The translations under genes and the position numbers were made by a program. From an uncultured bacterium (GTDB lineage Bacteria > CSSED10-310 > CAZUFC01): a stretch of 16,423 nucleotides of DNA. The stretch is taken from assembly GCA_964619725.1 (NCBI GenBank), contig CAZUFC010000165.1:1-16423 (forward strand), in the 5' to 3' direction. Below the pieces are notes generated by a model, which did no database searches, was not told the origin of the DNA, and saw nothing but the letters and a program-made list of their open reading frames with translations. Below, piece after piece: positions 14,880-16,423 of the stretch; the stretch's first letter is position 1, and each line of letters begins with the position of its first letter.

Positions 14880-16280
14880 ATGAATAAAAAATACGATCTT
14901 GTAACGCTTGGGGCAGGACCAGGCGGATATGTAGCGGCGATACGGGCCGCTCAACTGGGCATGAAAACTGCCGTGATAGAACGCGACAGATTGGGCGGAG
15001 TATGTCTGAATTGGGGCTGCATACCTTCCAAAGCGCTTCTTCGATCTGCCGAGGCTTATCTGATGATGAAAAAATCAGCTAAGCTGGGCATCAATTGTAA
15101 TGCCCCCGAAGTCGATTTTAAAAATGTCATAAAGAGAAGCCGGCAGGTTGCGGACAGAATGTCCAAAGGCGTCTCCTTCCTGATGAAAAAAAATAAAATC
15201 GACGTCTATATGGGGACGGGAAAAATAAGCGCGGACAAATCCGTCACGATTGCTGATCCTGACGGCGAAATCAAAGATGAGATCAAAGCCGCCAGAATAC
15301 TTATAGCCTCCGGAGCTATCCCTAAAACAATTCCCGGGATAAAACTCGACAGGAAAACTTTCATCACGTCAAAAGAAGCCATGACCCTGGACAGACGCCC
15401 GGAATCGCTGACCATTATCGGAGCGGGGGCCATCGGCGCGGAATTCGCTTATTTTTATAATGCGGTGGGAACGAAAGTCCATTTGGCGGAACTCCTGCCT
15501 CATGCCCTGCCTCTGGAAGACGAAGAAATATCAAAGGTGGTGGAAAAATCATTCAAAAAGCAGGGAATAAACGTGTATTCCGGCAGCAAAATCAAGGACT
15601 GGAAGAAAAATGATGACGGTATAAGCTTTACAGCAGAAACCCCGAAAGGCGAAAAAAGCTGGAACAGCGAACTATGTCTCGTAGCGACAGGAGTCCGGCC
15701 GAACAGCGATGAGCCGGCTATCAGCGACCTTAACCTGGAAAAGACCCGCGACGGTTTTATAAAGGTGAATGAATATTATCAGACCAGTCAGAATAACGTT
15801 TATGCCATCGGCGATATTGCAGGGCCGCCACTGCTGGCTCATAAAGCCTCCCATGAAGGCTTAATCGCGGTGGAATCAATGGCCGGAAAACAACCCGCAC
15901 CATTAAATTACAGCCGTATTCCAGCCTGCACCTACTGTGTGCCCCAAGTCGCATCCATAGGCCTTAACGAAAAAACCGCACAAGAAAAAGGTTATGAACC
16001 GCTCATAGGACAATTCCCTTTTCAGGCCGTAGGAAAAGCCCTGGCATCCGGTGAATGGACCGGTTTCGTCAAATTGATCTTCGACAAACAGACCAAAAAA
16101 CTCCTGGGCGCCCATATGACAGGCCCGGAAGTTACAGAACTGGTCGCCGAACTGGGCCTGGCTCTGGAAATGAATGCCGATGCCCAAAACATAGCACACT
16201 CTGTCCACGCCCATCCCACTCTGTCGGAAGCAGTCATGGAAGCCGCTGCCGCTGCCCTGGGGCAAGCCGTTCATATTTAA
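14880..16280 (+). CDS. lpdA: Dihydrolipoyl dehydrogenase (E3 / glycine cleavage L protein)
   Basis: GAGPGGYVAAIRAAQLG, redox disulfide GGVCLNWGCIPSK, GAGAIGAEF, LAHKASHEG, HAHPTLSE. Start moved from 14763 to the ATG at 14880 (GGAG at 14867-14870), giving 466 aa. Confidence 0.97.
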   Translation: MNKKYDLVTLGAGPGGYVAAIRAAQLGMKTAVIERDRLGGVCLNWGCIPSKALLRSAEAYLMMKKSAKLGINCNAPEVDFKNVIKRSRQVADRMSKGVSFLMKKNKIDVYMGTGKISADKSVTIADPDGEIKDEIKAARILIASGAIPKTIPGIKLDRKTFITSKEAMTLDRRPESLTIIGAGAIGAEFAYFYNAVGTKVHLAELLPHALPLEDEEISKVVEKSFKKQGINVYSGSKIKDWKKNDDGISFTAETPKGEKSWNSELCLVATGVRPNSDEPAISDLNLEKTRDGFIKVNEYYQTSQNNVYAIGDIAGPPLLAHKASHEGLIAVESMAGKQPAPLNYSRIPACTYCVPQVASIGLNEKTAQEKGYEPLIGQFPFQAVGKALASGEWTGFVKLIFDKQTKKLLGAHMTGPEVTELVAELGLALEMNADAQNIAHSVHAHPTLSEAVMEAAAAALGQAVHI

Positions 16281-16423
16281 AAACACGCTATTCCACAATA
16301 TTCAGTCCATCAAAAGAACCTTTTTTAATTATCAACAATTCTTTGCAAGACATGTATCAACGTATTTCATAGTTAGTGCCTGTCCATAAACTCGATTGTC
16401 GATTCAAAATTTAATGCTGGACA

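Noticed and set aside
14467..16391. TGTCCATAAAC present at 14467 and 16381
   Set aside because: An 11-bp match without flanking similarity is expected by chance in 16 kb.

Overview
Chromosomal, mostly housekeeping window from a diderm bacterium (inferred from TolC and SurA-like genes; lineage not assignable from the sequence). Genes in order: TolC-family outer-membrane channel (+); FAD/Fe-S oxidoreductase (GlcD-GlcF/YdiJ-like fusion) translationally coupled to an MTH1187-family protein (-); a phasin-like/tandem winged-helix protein and surE (-); a membrane-anchored TPR protein (+); a minus-strand run of folE2, a SurA-N-like protein, helical-repeat protein B, a RodZ-like protein and helical-repeat protein A; lpdA (+). 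I saw no transposase, integrase, CRISPR array, tRNA or rRNA. The best leads are: (i) a ~70-bp element ending in CGA-hexamer repeats, present twice in inverted orientation around the first three genes; (ii) two paralogous uncharacterised helical-repeat proteins flanking the RodZ-like gene, one with an (EYD)n acidic tract; (iii) the phasin-like/double-wHTH protein; (iv) a 735-bp folE2-lpdA intergenic region with a sigma54-like promoter and several hairpins that may encode an sRNA or small peptide. All calls come from reading the sequence by eye; no searches or folding programs were run.
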